Virus record (IMG/VR): IMGVR_UViG_3300045988_009603
Reading direction: 5' to 3' (one strand)
Source: a virus
Lineage: Duplodnaviria > Heunggongvirae > Uroviricota > Caudoviricetes
Length of the DNA stretch: 64,000 bases
The number at the start of each line of letters is the position of its first letter. Position 1 is the stretch's first letter. A program made the position numbers and the translations under genes. The notes under the pieces were generated by a model. It saw only the letters and a list, made by a program, of their open reading frames with translations. It did not search any database and was not told the DNA's origin. Shown one piece after another: positions 34,979 through 44,646 of the stretch.

Positions 34979-36760
34979 TTAAAGCTGCTTGTCAATATTA
35001 TTTCGAATATCACCAAGAGATGTGTAACCGAACTGCTCAGAGTCACTAAAGACTAAACGTAAAGCACAAGCTGGATGTTCAAGCACATCTGCAAAGCTCT
35101 GGAATCCATAGCCATCTACAGCTTGCAGCTTATCACCATCCCACATAGGTGCTACACCACCAAAAGCAGACTTCTTAACACCACTATCTGTTTTAGGGTC
35201 TTTTGCAAGCATAATCTCTTTACCGCCAATGCTTGCAAGAGTTGCTTTGACAGCAAATGCAAAGGTGTCACGAGTCATGTACTGGTAAGTGTAAGAACCT
35301 ACACCAAACACTACGTTAGAGCTTGCAAAACCCATTTCATACAAACGCTTCAAGATTTCGTTTGCACGTTCCAACGTGATAGAGTCACCATAAATAAGTC
35401 CGATGTGCTCATCCAGTACTTTAAAACCTTTAGAGTTGATAGTTCCCCCAAAGATGTTATACAGTGTCTTGATAGCTCCATCAATCTCTGCTACAGGACG
35501 TGTTACAACGTTTGCAGAACCAACCATATAAGCGTTTTTCAACATCACTGTATCAGCAACTTCAAAGTCTTCTCTGTCAACAACCATTTCGTAGCCTTCT
35601 GACAGTAGCCACCCAGCAATACCATAGTTGATGTTTTCAAGCTTCATGTTCAGAACAGCATTCAACATTGTGTCGCTGGCTTCCAGCTTGCTTAGGTGTT
35701 CGTAATAAGATTTTTTAGCGCACTCTAAATGGATTGCTTTGTATCCTGTGACAATATGTACAGGGTCTCCAGAGTCAGGACGGATTACCAGTTTACCATC
35801 ACGTTCCATAATCTCTTTACGAAGTGCTGGTAAGATTTCTGATACAGTTCTCCAGAAATTATAAGTGTCTGAAACAACACTTGCAATACCAGTTGGGTAA
35901 GTTTCTGTTAAGAAACGACGGAAGGTTTGTAACTCACCTTTAAAGCGTCTTTCTTCTTCAACCAACTCGTTACCACCTTCCCAAGCAATGTTTGCACACA
36001 TTACAGAGTGTTCAGTGGCTGGTACAGAACCACCAATATCAGAGATTGGGTAAGATTGTCCGTAGATGCGTTTAGCTGTATATACAGCAGGGAAGCTATC
36101 AGTCCCTTTAAAGCTGGTTAAGTGGCCTACAGCGTTAAATGCGTCATCGGTAAAGCCAGACATACCACGCATAGCAAAGTCATGGCACTGATAAGGTAAA
36201 TGCAAGGTATTGTCGCAAGTAAGGTCAGCCCACTTCTTACAGATACGTTTGTAGTGCAATGCAATAGTTGCAATGGTACAAGCCTTCCAAATCTCAGCAG
36301 AGAAAGCATCTTCAAGATACCCCGCTACCCAATGGAAACCTGAAACAGTGTTCTGGAAGATAATCATTGGTACACGCATAGGGACAACTGTGCCTTCTTC
36401 TACAGCGTATACTTCAACTGGTAGATAACCTAAGTCGTGAAGTGCTTCCCAATGTTCTCGACCAATAGCATCTTTACCCAGAACACCGTTCATGACTTCT
36501 AAGATTTCGTCAATTGCTTCTTTTTTGTCACGTTCAAAGAAAGTGGCGTTCCAATGGTCTATCAAGTAATCTTTAACGAAACGTTGAATACCAAAAGCCA
36601 CTACACCGTCAATTGCTAAAGGACTGTTAAACCATTTATCACTACGTGGTGTCAGGTTCAACATAAGATATTGCGTAGCATCTGGATACTGATATACATG
36701 TGATGCCTTGTAAGCATCTGCATTAAGACCTGCTGGTACTGCATAAAGTGATTTAGTCAT
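34979..36760 (-). CDS. nicotinamide phosphoribosyltransferase family protein (NadV/Nampt-like; possibly Namat of NARP1)
   Basis: 593 aa; N-terminal TDAYKASHVYQYP matches Nampt signature region. Confidence 0.75.
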   Translation of the reverse strand: MTKSLYAVPAGLNADAYKASHVYQYPDATQYLMLNLTPRSDKWFNSPLAIDGVVAFGIQRFVKDYLIDHWNATFFERDKKEAIDEILEVMNGVLGKDAIGREHWEALHDLGYLPVEVYAVEEGTVVPMRVPMIIFQNTVSGFHWVAGYLEDAFSAEIWKACTIATIALHYKRICKKWADLTCDNTLHLPYQCHDFAMRGMSGFTDDAFNAVGHLTSFKGTDSFPAVYTAKRIYGQSYPISDIGGSVPATEHSVMCANIAWEGGNELVEEERRFKGELQTFRRFLTETYPTGIASVVSDTYNFWRTVSEILPALRKEIMERDGKLVIRPDSGDPVHIVTGYKAIHLECAKKSYYEHLSKLEASDTMLNAVLNMKLENINYGIAGWLLSEGYEMVVDREDFEVADTVMLKNAYMVGSANVVTRPVAEIDGAIKTLYNIFGGTINSKGFKVLDEHIGLIYGDSITLERANEILKRLYEMGFASSNVVFGVGSYTYQYMTRDTFAFAVKATLASIGGKEIMLAKDPKTDSGVKKSAFGGVAPMWDGDKLQAVDGYGFQSFADVLEHPACALRLVFSDSEQFGYTSLGDIRNNIDKQL

Positions 36761-36806
36761 CTTTTAATCTCTCTCAAAATGGGGCTTGAAAGCCCCCTAT
36801 AAAGTT

Positions 36807-37706
36807 TTAATCAAGGTTTGCTACAGTAACTTGACCATAATGTGTTAAACCACGGTCTTTAGCTTCCCCTAAAGAGTTTGTAGTGTAGATGTGGTCAATA
36901 CCATTGTCAAGAAGGTTTTCAACCCCTTTAGAGAAGATACCATGTGTTACATAGAGTTCCACACGTTTTGCACCTGCTTCACGAAGATGTTTAGCTGCTT
37001 CTATGAAGGTTCGACCGCCATCACAGATGTCGTCGAGAATCATAACAGTTTTATCGGTCAAATCAACATCATCAAGGATTCGCATACCAGTAATTTCACC
37101 AGTTTTGAGGTTACGTACTTTAGACATTGTGATGTATGGCTTATCCACCTCTTTAGCAGTTTCTGCAATCTTCTTAGAAGCACCTGCATCTGGGGCTACT
37201 AAGTAATCAACCAGTGGGTCATTTGCATAGTGGACTGCAATTTCATTTTGAGGAATACTTTGGAAGCAGTTAAACAGGTTATCTGGTACATAACTGTGAG
37301 GGTCAACTGCACAGACTGCACCAAACCCCATTGCATTGACCTGTTTAGCAAAAACCTTTAAAGCTGCTGCATCACCTTTAAACATGTGACGGTCATATCG
37401 TGCATTTGGTAAGTAGTAAAAAATGACAGTCTTTAAGGCATAGTCATGAGGGACTAAATCATCAATTGCTTCTTTAGCAAGTGCCACAGCAAACAATGTG
37501 TCCTTGTCATAACCTTTCACAATAATAATCACATTGTTGATAGACGATGCTGCATAAGCAGTAAAATCAACAAGCTCTTGTGAAAAATGTCCACCAATCT
37601 CACCAGAAGGGAATTGGATGATGTTAAACTCTTCTTCATGAGTTCCTTTAGTCGGTGAATGAACTGTAACACGGATAGATGTTTTCATAGTTTCTCTCTT
37701 AGTCAA
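36807..37706 (-). CDS. ribose-phosphate pyrophosphokinase family protein (Prs-like; possibly ADPR-PP synthetase Adps of NARP1)
   Basis: 299 aa; VAPDAGASKK and PRPP-binding VMILDDICDGGRT motifs. Confidence 0.7.
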   Translation of the reverse strand: MTKRETMKTSIRVTVHSPTKGTHEEEFNIIQFPSGEIGGHFSQELVDFTAYAASSINNVIIIVKGYDKDTLFAVALAKEAIDDLVPHDYALKTVIFYYLPNARYDRHMFKGDAAALKVFAKQVNAMGFGAVCAVDPHSYVPDNLFNCFQSIPQNEIAVHYANDPLVDYLVAPDAGASKKIAETAKEVDKPYITMSKVRNLKTGEITGMRILDDVDLTDKTVMILDDICDGGRTFIEAAKHLREAGAKRVELYVTHGIFSKGVENLLDNGIDHIYTTNSLGEAKDRGLTHYGQVTVANLD

Positions 37707-37977
37707 AAGTTACGTTTGTTACTGCCATTGCAGATTTGCATTTTGCAGGGTCTACAACGTGATAAAGTACACTACAGTTACCTGTGCTGTCTGGTACAGG
37801 CTTTACCCATTGATGCTTTATAGTTGGCTCTCCTAAGTCTTTGTAAGAACCATCTGTAAAGTTGTTTACCATCTCAAGTGCAATTGGTTCTGGAACATGA
37901 CCACGTATCATGTACATCTCACAACCATTACCACCTTCACTGACTAATGGTAAAATCTCCCACTTTTCTTTAGCCAT
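37699..37977 (-). CDS. hypothetical protein
   Basis: 92 aa ORF. Confidence 0.45.
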   Translation of the reverse strand: MAKEKWEILPLVSEGGNGCEMYMIRGHVPEPIALEMVNNFTDGSYKDLGEPTIKHQWVKPVPDSTGNCSVLYHVVDPAKCKSAMAVTNVTFD

Positions 37978-38485
37978 TGTAAGTTGCCCTATAAACTGTC
38001 TCGAACTTCAACAGGAGAGATATTGCCAAATCTGTATAGTTGTTGTCAAGCACATCTGGCATATTATTTTTGATATATTTCTCTTGCTCTTCATAGGTCA
38101 TCTTAGGGGTGCTTAAAAGATTATCCCCTTGCTTCTGGTTATCAAGTTTAGTCTGGATAAACCAGTTTGCACAGTGGTGCTCACCACCCTTTGTAACAGG
38201 TTTGTGGTGGCCTAATGTGAAGGATTGACTACCTGTATATCTGCAAAGTTTATTGAGTACTGTAATGGTGTTCTTCACAACAAAACATTCATACAGGTTG
38301 TCTATGGTGTAGTATGGGTAATATCGGAATAATACTCTTTCACGAGTACTCTCACGATTCCAGAGAATCATGTGATTGGAGTTGGAAGGGTCATATTGGT
38401 GGGAGTCAATGAACTCTTGACGTTCCTCAAAGCTGAGCCTTAACACTGACATTGCAGCCGAACGTTTCAGGTTTGACAGGTACAT
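37970..38485 (-). CDS. hypothetical protein, possible HNH-type nuclease
   Basis: GHHKPVTKGGEHHCANW...KQGDN motif; weak. Confidence 0.35.
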   Translation of the reverse strand: MYLSNLKRSAAMSVLRLSFEERQEFIDSHQYDPSNSNHMILWNRESTRERVLFRYYPYYTIDNLYECFVVKNTITVLNKLCRYTGSQSFTLGHHKPVTKGGEHHCANWFIQTKLDNQKQGDNLLSTPKMTYEEQEKYIKNNMPDVLDNNYTDLAISLLLKFETVYRATYNG

Positions 38486-38537
38486 ATTGTCTCCAAAATA
38501 AAAAAGGGAACCTTTACAGTTCCCTAATCATAGACTC

Positions 38538-38849
38538 TTACTGAACTAATTTCAATACTTTGAAGAAACCTTCTTCGCCAATTGCATCATAGACCTTTTC
38601 AGTTGGCTTGATAAGGTTGTTCAAGCAGATTATTTTCTTACGTTTCTTATCATAAGAGAGTTTAAGCTGCTTCAGCTCTTTATCATCTTCAGGGTGCTCA
38701 TTGTACATCTTTACAGCCTCTTTGAAGCTAATGTAACCGCCACCAAGAGTAAGGAAACCTGTGCCACAATAATGTGAATTGTGTTTATCAGCCATAAACT
38801 GACACAGAACAGAAATCTGAATTTTACGGGTGTTATAAATCTTTTCCAT
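38538..38849 (-). CDS. hypothetical protein
   Basis: 103 aa ORF. Confidence 0.45.
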   Translation of the reverse strand: MEKIYNTRKIQISVLCQFMADKHNSHYCGTGFLTLGGGYISFKEAVKMYNEHPEDDKELKQLKLSYDKKRKKIICLNNLIKPTEKVYDAIGEEGFFKVLKLVQ

Positions 38850-38860
38850 TTTAGTTATCC

Positions 38861-39109
38861 TTACTTGTTGCGTTTACGGTTACGAGCTTTCTTAGCTGCC
38901 CGTTTAATAGCTGCTGCACCAGTTGGTCGATGTGCTTGTTTCTTACCACCTTTACCACGGCCTACATAGATACTTTTCATAATCTCATTAGCCAACTTCT
39001 CATCCATCTTGAAGTTCTGCATGAGATGAGTCACATCAACACCAGTGAGCATACCTAGTGATGCCAGTGCTGCTTTTACTTTTGATTTAAAACTGTTCCA
39101 GATTCCCAT
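38861..39109 (-). CDS. hypothetical protein with basic C-terminus
   Basis: 82 aa ORF. Confidence 0.4.
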   Translation of the reverse strand: MGIWNSFKSKVKAALASLGMLTGVDVTHLMQNFKMDEKLANEIMKSIYVGRGKGGKKQAHRPTGAAAIKRAAKKARNRKRNK

Positions 39110-39453
39110 TTCTTATCTCTCTCAATCTTTTCACAAAATGTTTTAAGTTCTTCTTCAGTGACACCAACAACACTGTCACCAACGTTTAAATTTGTTCTAT
39201 AGAACATTGTAAAGTGGCCTTTACCAATAACTTCAAATGTTCCAGCCTTCTCAATCTCTGCTAAGGCTTCCATTCCAACATTACCGAAGAGTGAGTTTGT
39301 ATACTTTTTCCACTCATCAAGGAGTTCGGTCTTAACCTTATAAGTGCCTAATAGGGCACTGTTGAAAGAGATAATCATTATCTCACCTTTTCCGTAGCCA
39401 ATTTTACGGCGAGATTTATTCTGCTCGCCATTGACAATCACCTTGCCACCCAT
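39076..39453 (-). CDS. hypothetical protein
   Basis: ORF 39076..39534 trimmed to internal Met to limit overlap with nrdG. Confidence 0.35.
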   Translation of the reverse strand: MGGKVIVNGEQNKSRRKIGYGKGEIMIISFNSALLGTYKVKTELLDEWKKYTNSLFGNVGMEALAEIEKAGTFEVIGKGHFTMFYRTNLNVGDSVVGVTEEELKTFCEKIERDKKWESGTVLNQK

Positions 39454-39901
39454 ACTCTTTTCTCCAGAGGTTTTGGTTATCAGAACCACGATATGGTTTA
39501 ACTGTTGGTTTAGATGAATCATACTTACCATCAATCACCACGTCAACATATTTCATCACATCAAGGTGGATTTTTTCGTGTAACTGAAAACCTGTCCAAA
39601 GCCATATAGACTTTTCTGGATAAACAGTTTTAATACGCTTGCATATGTTGGTGACTTCTTGAATGTTTCTGTCATCCAGAGGCTCCCCACCAAGTATTGA
39701 CAGCCCACTGATAGCATTATCATCCATTAACTTAATAATGCCATAGAGGTTTGCATAAGTAAACTCTTTACCAGCATTAAATTTCCAAGACTCCCTGTTA
39801 AAGCAGCCTTCACAGTGATGTTTGCAGCCAGCTACGAAGAGGCTTACACGAACCCCTTCACCATTAGCTGTGTCAAATGGTCTAATCTCCATGTAATTCA
39901 T
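39416..39901 (-). CDS. nrdG: anaerobic ribonucleotide reductase activating enzyme (radical SAM)
   Basis: 161 aa; CKHHCEGC cluster, GGEP motif; collinear with E. coli NrdG. Confidence 0.8.
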   Translation of the reverse strand: MNYMEIRPFDTANGEGVRVSLFVAGCKHHCEGCFNRESWKFNAGKEFTYANLYGIIKLMDDNAISGLSILGGEPLDDRNIQEVTNICKRIKTVYPEKSIWLWTGFQLHEKIHLDVMKYVDVVIDGKYDSSKPTVKPYRGSDNQNLWRKEYGWQGDCQWRAE

Positions 39902-39936
39902 CTAGTTACCTCACCAATATTATTTAAGCCTTTTAC

Positions 39937-40332
39937 TCATTCAAACACCACCTGACAAGGAACTTGTTTAGTAATAAATTCTTCACAGTGTTCTTTAATG
40001 AAGTTTTGTAATGGCACACAGTCTTGTGCACAAGTCATTAGCATAATGTACTCTGGATTCATAATATTTTCAATGGTGTAGAAGACAACATTGTCAAATA
40101 ATTCATGACCGTCTTCTTCAGACCAAGTTCCAGTGACTATAGCTAATTTGTCAAGCAATTCATTAGGCAACGCTACACCATCTTCTACGGAATCACTTAG
40201 AACGTTGTCACCTATGTACAATGTGAAGACCGTATGAAATGTTGAGTATCTTACGTGATTCTTTTCACAAGAGCCACACTCTGAGGCGTAATCTTTAATC
40301 CACTCTAACTGTTTTTTGTTCAACTTAATCAT
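39937..40332 (-). CDS. hypothetical Cys-containing protein
   Basis: 131 aa ORF. Confidence 0.45.
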   Translation of the reverse strand: MIKLNKKQLEWIKDYASECGSCEKNHVRYSTFHTVFTLYIGDNVLSDSVEDGVALPNELLDKLAIVTGTWSEEDGHELFDNVVFYTIENIMNPEYIMLMTCAQDCVPLQNFIKEHCEEFITKQVPCQVVFE

Positions 40333-40544
40333 AATTTCACCTTAGTTGGTAATGCACTGAATGCTATAGCTAACCCTAAAAATGGTTTGAAGCATGACCA
40401 TAAATCCATTTGTCCATGATATGATAAACTCCATTGTGGGTCTGAAAAACCCCATACCATAACACTAACCCCAAAGAAGAAGATTGCTATGTATAGTATG
40501 GGTGCTAATACCCTTAAGAGTGTTGTCATTATTAATTCCACCAT
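40329..40544 (-). CDS. small membrane protein
   Basis: 71 aa, two hydrophobic segments. Confidence 0.4.
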   Translation of the reverse strand: MVELIMTTLLRVLAPILYIAIFFFGVSVMVWGFSDPQWSLSYHGQMDLWSCFKPFLGLAIAFSALPTKVKL

Positions 40545-40918
40545 ATAGTTTTACCATTATCACATGTGTAAAGATACTCTACAGAAGTTTGTGGGACAAG
40601 TATAGTGGTGTTCCCACTAAGTACACTCACAAAATAAGTAGCCTCACGATGTTGATGAGTTTTTACACAATGGTTTGCCTCCATCCATATCACAGTTTTG
40701 TATGAATAGAACACCGCCAAGACACAAAGTGTAATAACCCCAACTATCATGGCAAACTCAGGCAAAAAATCTGACTGTATGATGTCTCTAAATCTCATTA
40801 TTCCAAGAATAAATAAGATTATCAGACATACAATCCCACAAACTGCTACATAAAGCCACAAGTCCATAATGCAACTCCAAAGAAAAAGGTGATGTAAGCC
40901 TATCAAGAACCACATCAC
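40532..40918 (-). CDS. membrane protein
   Basis: 128 aa, multiple hydrophobic helices. Confidence 0.45.
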   Translation of the reverse strand: MMWFLIGLHHLFLWSCIMDLWLYVAVCGIVCLIILFILGIMRFRDIIQSDFLPEFAMIVGVITLCVLAVFYSYKTVIWMEANHCVKTHQHREATYFVSVLSGNTTILVPQTSVEYLYTCDNGKTIWWN

Positions 40919-40939
40919 CTTGTCAAGTTTTACATAAGG

Positions 40940-41548
40940 TTATTTTTTCTTACAATTGTCAAAATGATATCGAGTCATGTTACCAGCACCACCAGTCATA
41001 CCACAATGAGGGCAAGTTTTCTTTTTCTTTGGCTTTTTTCCGGCTTCTGACATCTTCTTCCTTGTTTCTATAGACCTTTTACAACCTTTTGATTTTGTAT
41101 TGCCTATTTGAGATTCTCCTAACCGTCTTCGATGTTCTTCAGTGAAAACCCTACCTTTATTCACAATAGATAGAGCTTTCGAGTTCAAAGCCCTTACCTT
41201 TTCATAGTCTCTGGATGATATTTTCCTATCTAGGCCATCATGGGCTAACCTGTTCCATGCAAACCATAACTTATGATTGTTTGGATACATCTTAACCAGT
41301 AATTTATGAGCTATATAATGCTCTCTAGGTGTAAGTAAAGCAATATTATCTCCACTAATTTTATCGCCACCTAGACATACTGGTGTGATATGGTGTCTTT
41401 CATAACCCTTACCTTGACATTTGTAGTATGTAAGAGGCACACCCCTTTCAGAATGTGCCTTCTTAATAATTGCATTATATATTAGTTCGTAATTCATTTG
41501 TATGCTACATAGAAACCCTATCCTTAATTTCTGCCATCTTAGCGTCAT
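40940..41548 (-). CDS. HNH homing endonuclease with NUMOD-like repeats
   Basis: ERHHITPVCLGGDKISGDNIALLTPREHYIAH; repeated basic K/R helix motifs; overlaps 3' end of nrdD. Confidence 0.7.
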   Translation of the reverse strand: MTLRWQKLRIGFLCSIQMNYELIYNAIIKKAHSERGVPLTYYKCQGKGYERHHITPVCLGGDKISGDNIALLTPREHYIAHKLLVKMYPNNHKLWFAWNRLAHDGLDRKISSRDYEKVRALNSKALSIVNKGRVFTEEHRRRLGESQIGNTKSKGCKRSIETRKKMSEAGKKPKKKKTCPHCGMTGGAGNMTRYHFDNCKKK

Positions 41549-42473
41549 TCATTCGAGACTGACCTTTAATTTTTGTGAATGACAAGTACCCGCACACCCT
41601 GTTAATCACAGAGATGTCATGTGAATGGCAAACCTCACATTCTTCAACATCAGCCTTTGGTCTGTTACCACAATGTTCACAGATTGCTAAGTCAAAGTTA
41701 AGTCCCTGATAGAAGCCTTTCAACATCCCTCTTGTAATACAACTTTTAAGTGCTGGTAAGTTTTCTGGGTTAGCTACCCTTACATACTGGATTCTGCCAC
41801 CTCTACAAATATGGAAGAATGGTTCTTCTAAGTCCTGCTTCTCAAATGGTGAGATATCTGCTGCAACATTCATATGAAAACTGTTTGTAAAGTATTCCTT
41901 ATCAGAAACACCTTTGATAACGCCAAACATATCTCTGAACTGTTTTAGTTGAGTCCCACAAAGTGATTCTGCTGGAGTACCATATACCGCATATAAGAAG
42001 CCATCTTCATTCTTAAACTCTTCAGTTTTCATGTTAATGTATGCCAGAACATCGTATGCAAAACTACAGCTTCCAACTTCATGAAGTCGTTTACCCTCAG
42101 CAAGAACAGATAACTCATCAAGCGCAGTAACACCAAAAGAAGCTGTGAAAGACTTCACAATATCCCAGCCAACCTTGTCAGTAGGTTTCTTAGTCCCTTT
42201 GTACAGACCACCTTGTGTGAATGCAAGAGGGTTAGAGCTTGCTGGCATATTAGCAATCATTTCGTAGCGTTTCTTGTGGAAGCTGCGAATCATCTCTAGG
42301 TACTTATCAAGCTCTTTCCAGAAATCTAAGCCATTCTCTTTAGAATACTGGTAAATCATTGGTAAGTTCAAAGATACAGCACCAATGTTAGCACGACCTA
42401 CATAAAACTCTTCACCATCTTCGTTATGGTATGGTGATAAAAACGCTCTACACTTGTTGTTCAGGTAAGTTCG
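41505..42473 (-). CDS. nrdD: anaerobic ribonucleotide reductase, C-terminal exon region
   Basis: glycyl-radical motif RVCGY, Zn-ribbon CEHCGN...CEVC; upstream in-frame region contains NIGAVSLNLP. Confidence 0.75.
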   Translation of the reverse strand, partial: RTYLNNKCRAFLSPYHNEDGEEFYVGRANIGAVSLNLPMIYQYSKENGLDFWKELDKYLEMIRSFHKKRYEMIANMPASSNPLAFTQGGLYKGTKKPTDKVGWDIVKSFTASFGVTALDELSVLAEGKRLHEVGSCSFAYDVLAYINMKTEEFKNEDGFLYAVYGTPAESLCGTQLKQFRDMFGVIKGVSDKEYFTNSFHMNVAADISPFEKQDLEEPFFHICRGGRIQYVRVANPENLPALKSCITRGMLKGFYQGLNFDLAICEHCGNRPKADVEECEVCHSHDISVINRVCGYLSFTKIKGQSRMNDAKMAEIKDRVSM

Positions 42474-43215
42474 CTACGCTTACCCCGCTTTATTCAAGCT
42501 GCTTACTGTCACCAGTAAGTCCAGACTATATCTTCTACTTATTTCTAAGTAGCGTACCATTTCGAGTCGCTTGACCCTACACCGCTACATTCATCACGGT
42601 TAGTCGTTTGGCATTTAGATGTACTCAAATTCATGTTCAAAGTTATTATATTCTTTTACACCCTTCAGTATTGAAGAGATAGTCTTGCGATTATACCCAA
42701 GTATCTTGGATAACTCTCGTATCGAGTTCGCAACAATAACTTCTTTTGTTACTTTGTGTGTAGCCTTCACAGCATATGAACGCTTACAAAACTTGTAGCA
42801 ACCATTCTCATAACCTTCTTTAACATTCTCAGAATGAGTTCCCCATTCTAAGTTAGAAGCATGGTTATTCAGTTTGTTGTCATCTTTGTGTTTTACAATT
42901 GGAAGATTGTTCGGGTTAGGTACATATTTCTCAGCAACTAACCTATGAACATACATGTCACGATTCTTCTTACCGTAAAACCTCACTTTCATATACCCAG
43001 TGTTGGATTTCCACTGCTTAAGTTCTACACCATTTTTCCTAAAGACTCTTCCATCTTCAGTAACATGATAATTTGGCATGTAATACTCCTATGTTATATA
43101 GTTTCTTACATCGTACATCATTTAGCACAGGATTGTCTACATCTGTAGAGTTTCCCTGTTTAGGCACGTTTTAGATGAGCTATAGAGCTTGTTAACCCAT
43201 CGGTGAAATTACCTT
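42460..43215 (-). other. group I intron-like insertion in nrdD (boundaries approximate)
   Basis: separates N- and C-terminal NrdD ORFs; contains HNH ORF; 3' region has P7-like GACUA...UAGUCUGG and a P9-like hairpin. Confidence 0.5.
42615..43079 (-). CDS. intron-encoded HNH homing endonuclease
   Basis: 154 aa; HKDDNKLNNHASNLEWGTHSEN. Confidence 0.75.
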   Translation of the reverse strand: MPNYHVTEDGRVFRKNGVELKQWKSNTGYMKVRFYGKKNRDMYVHRLVAEKYVPNPNNLPIVKHKDDNKLNNHASNLEWGTHSENVKEGYENGCYKFCKRSYAVKATHKVTKEVIVANSIRELSKILGYNRKTISSILKGVKEYNNFEHEFEYI

Positions 43216-44391
43216 GCCAGAACGCTCAAAAGCCTCTGCTACAGCACCATGACCAGATACACTTAAGAAATCTGGATACATAGCTTTAGAGCAACACTCT
43301 ATAGCTTTTTCAAACAACCTTGCTTGGCATACATCAAGCTTATGTCTTGTCTCTTCATAGATATACACAAGTTTAGGGAACACCACAGGTTTTTTGCTTT
43401 TACCTTGCCCATTCATTCTTACATTAAGAATTGTATTAGCAATCATAAACTGAAGACGGTTATCTTCATTGTGCATATCTGGTTCCAGCAAACCAAATGT
43501 CAGAGTAGTAAATGCAAAATCACCGCGACTGCAAGGAACAGTGTTAAGTTTCATTTCAAGAGATTGGAAACCCTGTGTTAACTCATTCTGTAGTTGTTCC
43601 ATTACGTAATTATAGTGTTGCTCTTTAGGGATTCCGTACTCTTCAGCTTTCTCTGAATGGTACACTAAAGACTTCTTAGCATACGGTACAAGCACCTTAT
43701 CAATCTCTGCTAAAGTAAATCCACCAAATTGCTGTGCAGTTGCTGAAAGAACTACATCACCAATAACCTGTAAGGCTGACAGCACAGACTTTGGTTCACA
43801 GTATTCAATGCCAGACATTTCAAAGCCACCTTTTAGTACTTTACCAATGTCAAACAGGCAACAGTTGATACCACCAAAAATTAGGTCTCTTAAGTCATGG
43901 ATGTAGATAAATCCTTTTTCAATGGCTTCAAGTTCCTCTGGTGTTAAATGGTACTGTTTAAAGATTTCTTTAGTCAGGTAACCACGAATAATTGAACCTT
44001 TTGTAGAAATTAAACTGCTGTCAAAGTTAGCATTTTCACGGTCACCTAAGAAGAGTGTGTCTTTAGTCTTCTGGTAAAGCTCATCCCAATTTTGAGCAAC
44101 CTCTTTACGGTAATTTCTATATGTTGAGTAAGACTCATAAATCTCGTGATTTACTTCTGCCAAAGCACCCTCAACAATGCTGTGAATATCGTTTACTGAG
44201 ATGAGCAAATTATTCTGCTTAGTGGACTTTACCAGAATCCTCATAAATGCTGATTCAAGAGCTTGGGTAACATCTGGTGGCAGTTCTTTATATCCAACCC
44301 TGTTAGCTGACTTAGTTACTGCTGCTAAAACTTTTTTGATATCCGGTTCTTCAAGTGAGCCATTCTTTTTAATAATTTGTACTTTGTTCAT
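43192..44391 (-). CDS. nrdD: anaerobic ribonucleotide reductase, N-terminal exon region (3' end reads into intron)
   Basis: ATP-cone-like N-terminus VQIIKKNGSLEEPDIKKVLAAV; 399 aa ORF. Confidence 0.7.
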   Translation of the reverse strand: MNKVQIIKKNGSLEEPDIKKVLAAVTKSANRVGYKELPPDVTQALESAFMRILVKSTKQNNLLISVNDIHSIVEGALAEVNHEIYESYSTYRNYRKEVAQNWDELYQKTKDTLFLGDRENANFDSSLISTKGSIIRGYLTKEIFKQYHLTPEELEAIEKGFIYIHDLRDLIFGGINCCLFDIGKVLKGGFEMSGIEYCEPKSVLSALQVIGDVVLSATAQQFGGFTLAEIDKVLVPYAKKSLVYHSEKAEEYGIPKEQHYNYVMEQLQNELTQGFQSLEMKLNTVPCSRGDFAFTTLTFGLLEPDMHNEDNRLQFMIANTILNVRMNGQGKSKKPVVFPKLVYIYEETRHKLDVCQARLFEKAIECCSKAMYPDFLSVSGHGAVAEAFERSGKVISPMG

Positions 44392-44410
44392 TATTGCCCC
44401 TTTACATGCT

Positions 44411-44431
44411 AAAAAGGTCTCCGAAGAGACC
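44411..44431 (-). terminator. rho-independent terminator
   Basis: minus-strand GGUCUC-UUCG-GAGACC followed by U5. Confidence 0.55.
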
Positions 44432-44439
44432 CTTTCATT

Positions 44440-44646
44440 TTAAATCTTTTTAGAAAACTTCGAAAAGAGTTCTCTTAGTTTTTCAGTGATACCTAACTGT
44501 ATTTCTAATATTTCAAAGATAACCCATAGTAACATGGCTCCGAACAACGAACCTTGTTCAAAATCAGTAAATAGGTTAACAACAAGCATACCAATCACAA
44601 TAACTGGTGCATCAACAACCAAACCTTCCCAAAGGCGTTTAAGCAT
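44440..44646 (-). CDS. small membrane protein
   Basis: 68 aa, hydrophobic. Confidence 0.4.
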   Translation of the reverse strand: MLKRLWEGLVVDAPVIVIGMLVVNLFTDFEQGSLFGAMLLWVIFEILEIQLGITEKLRELFSKFSKKI

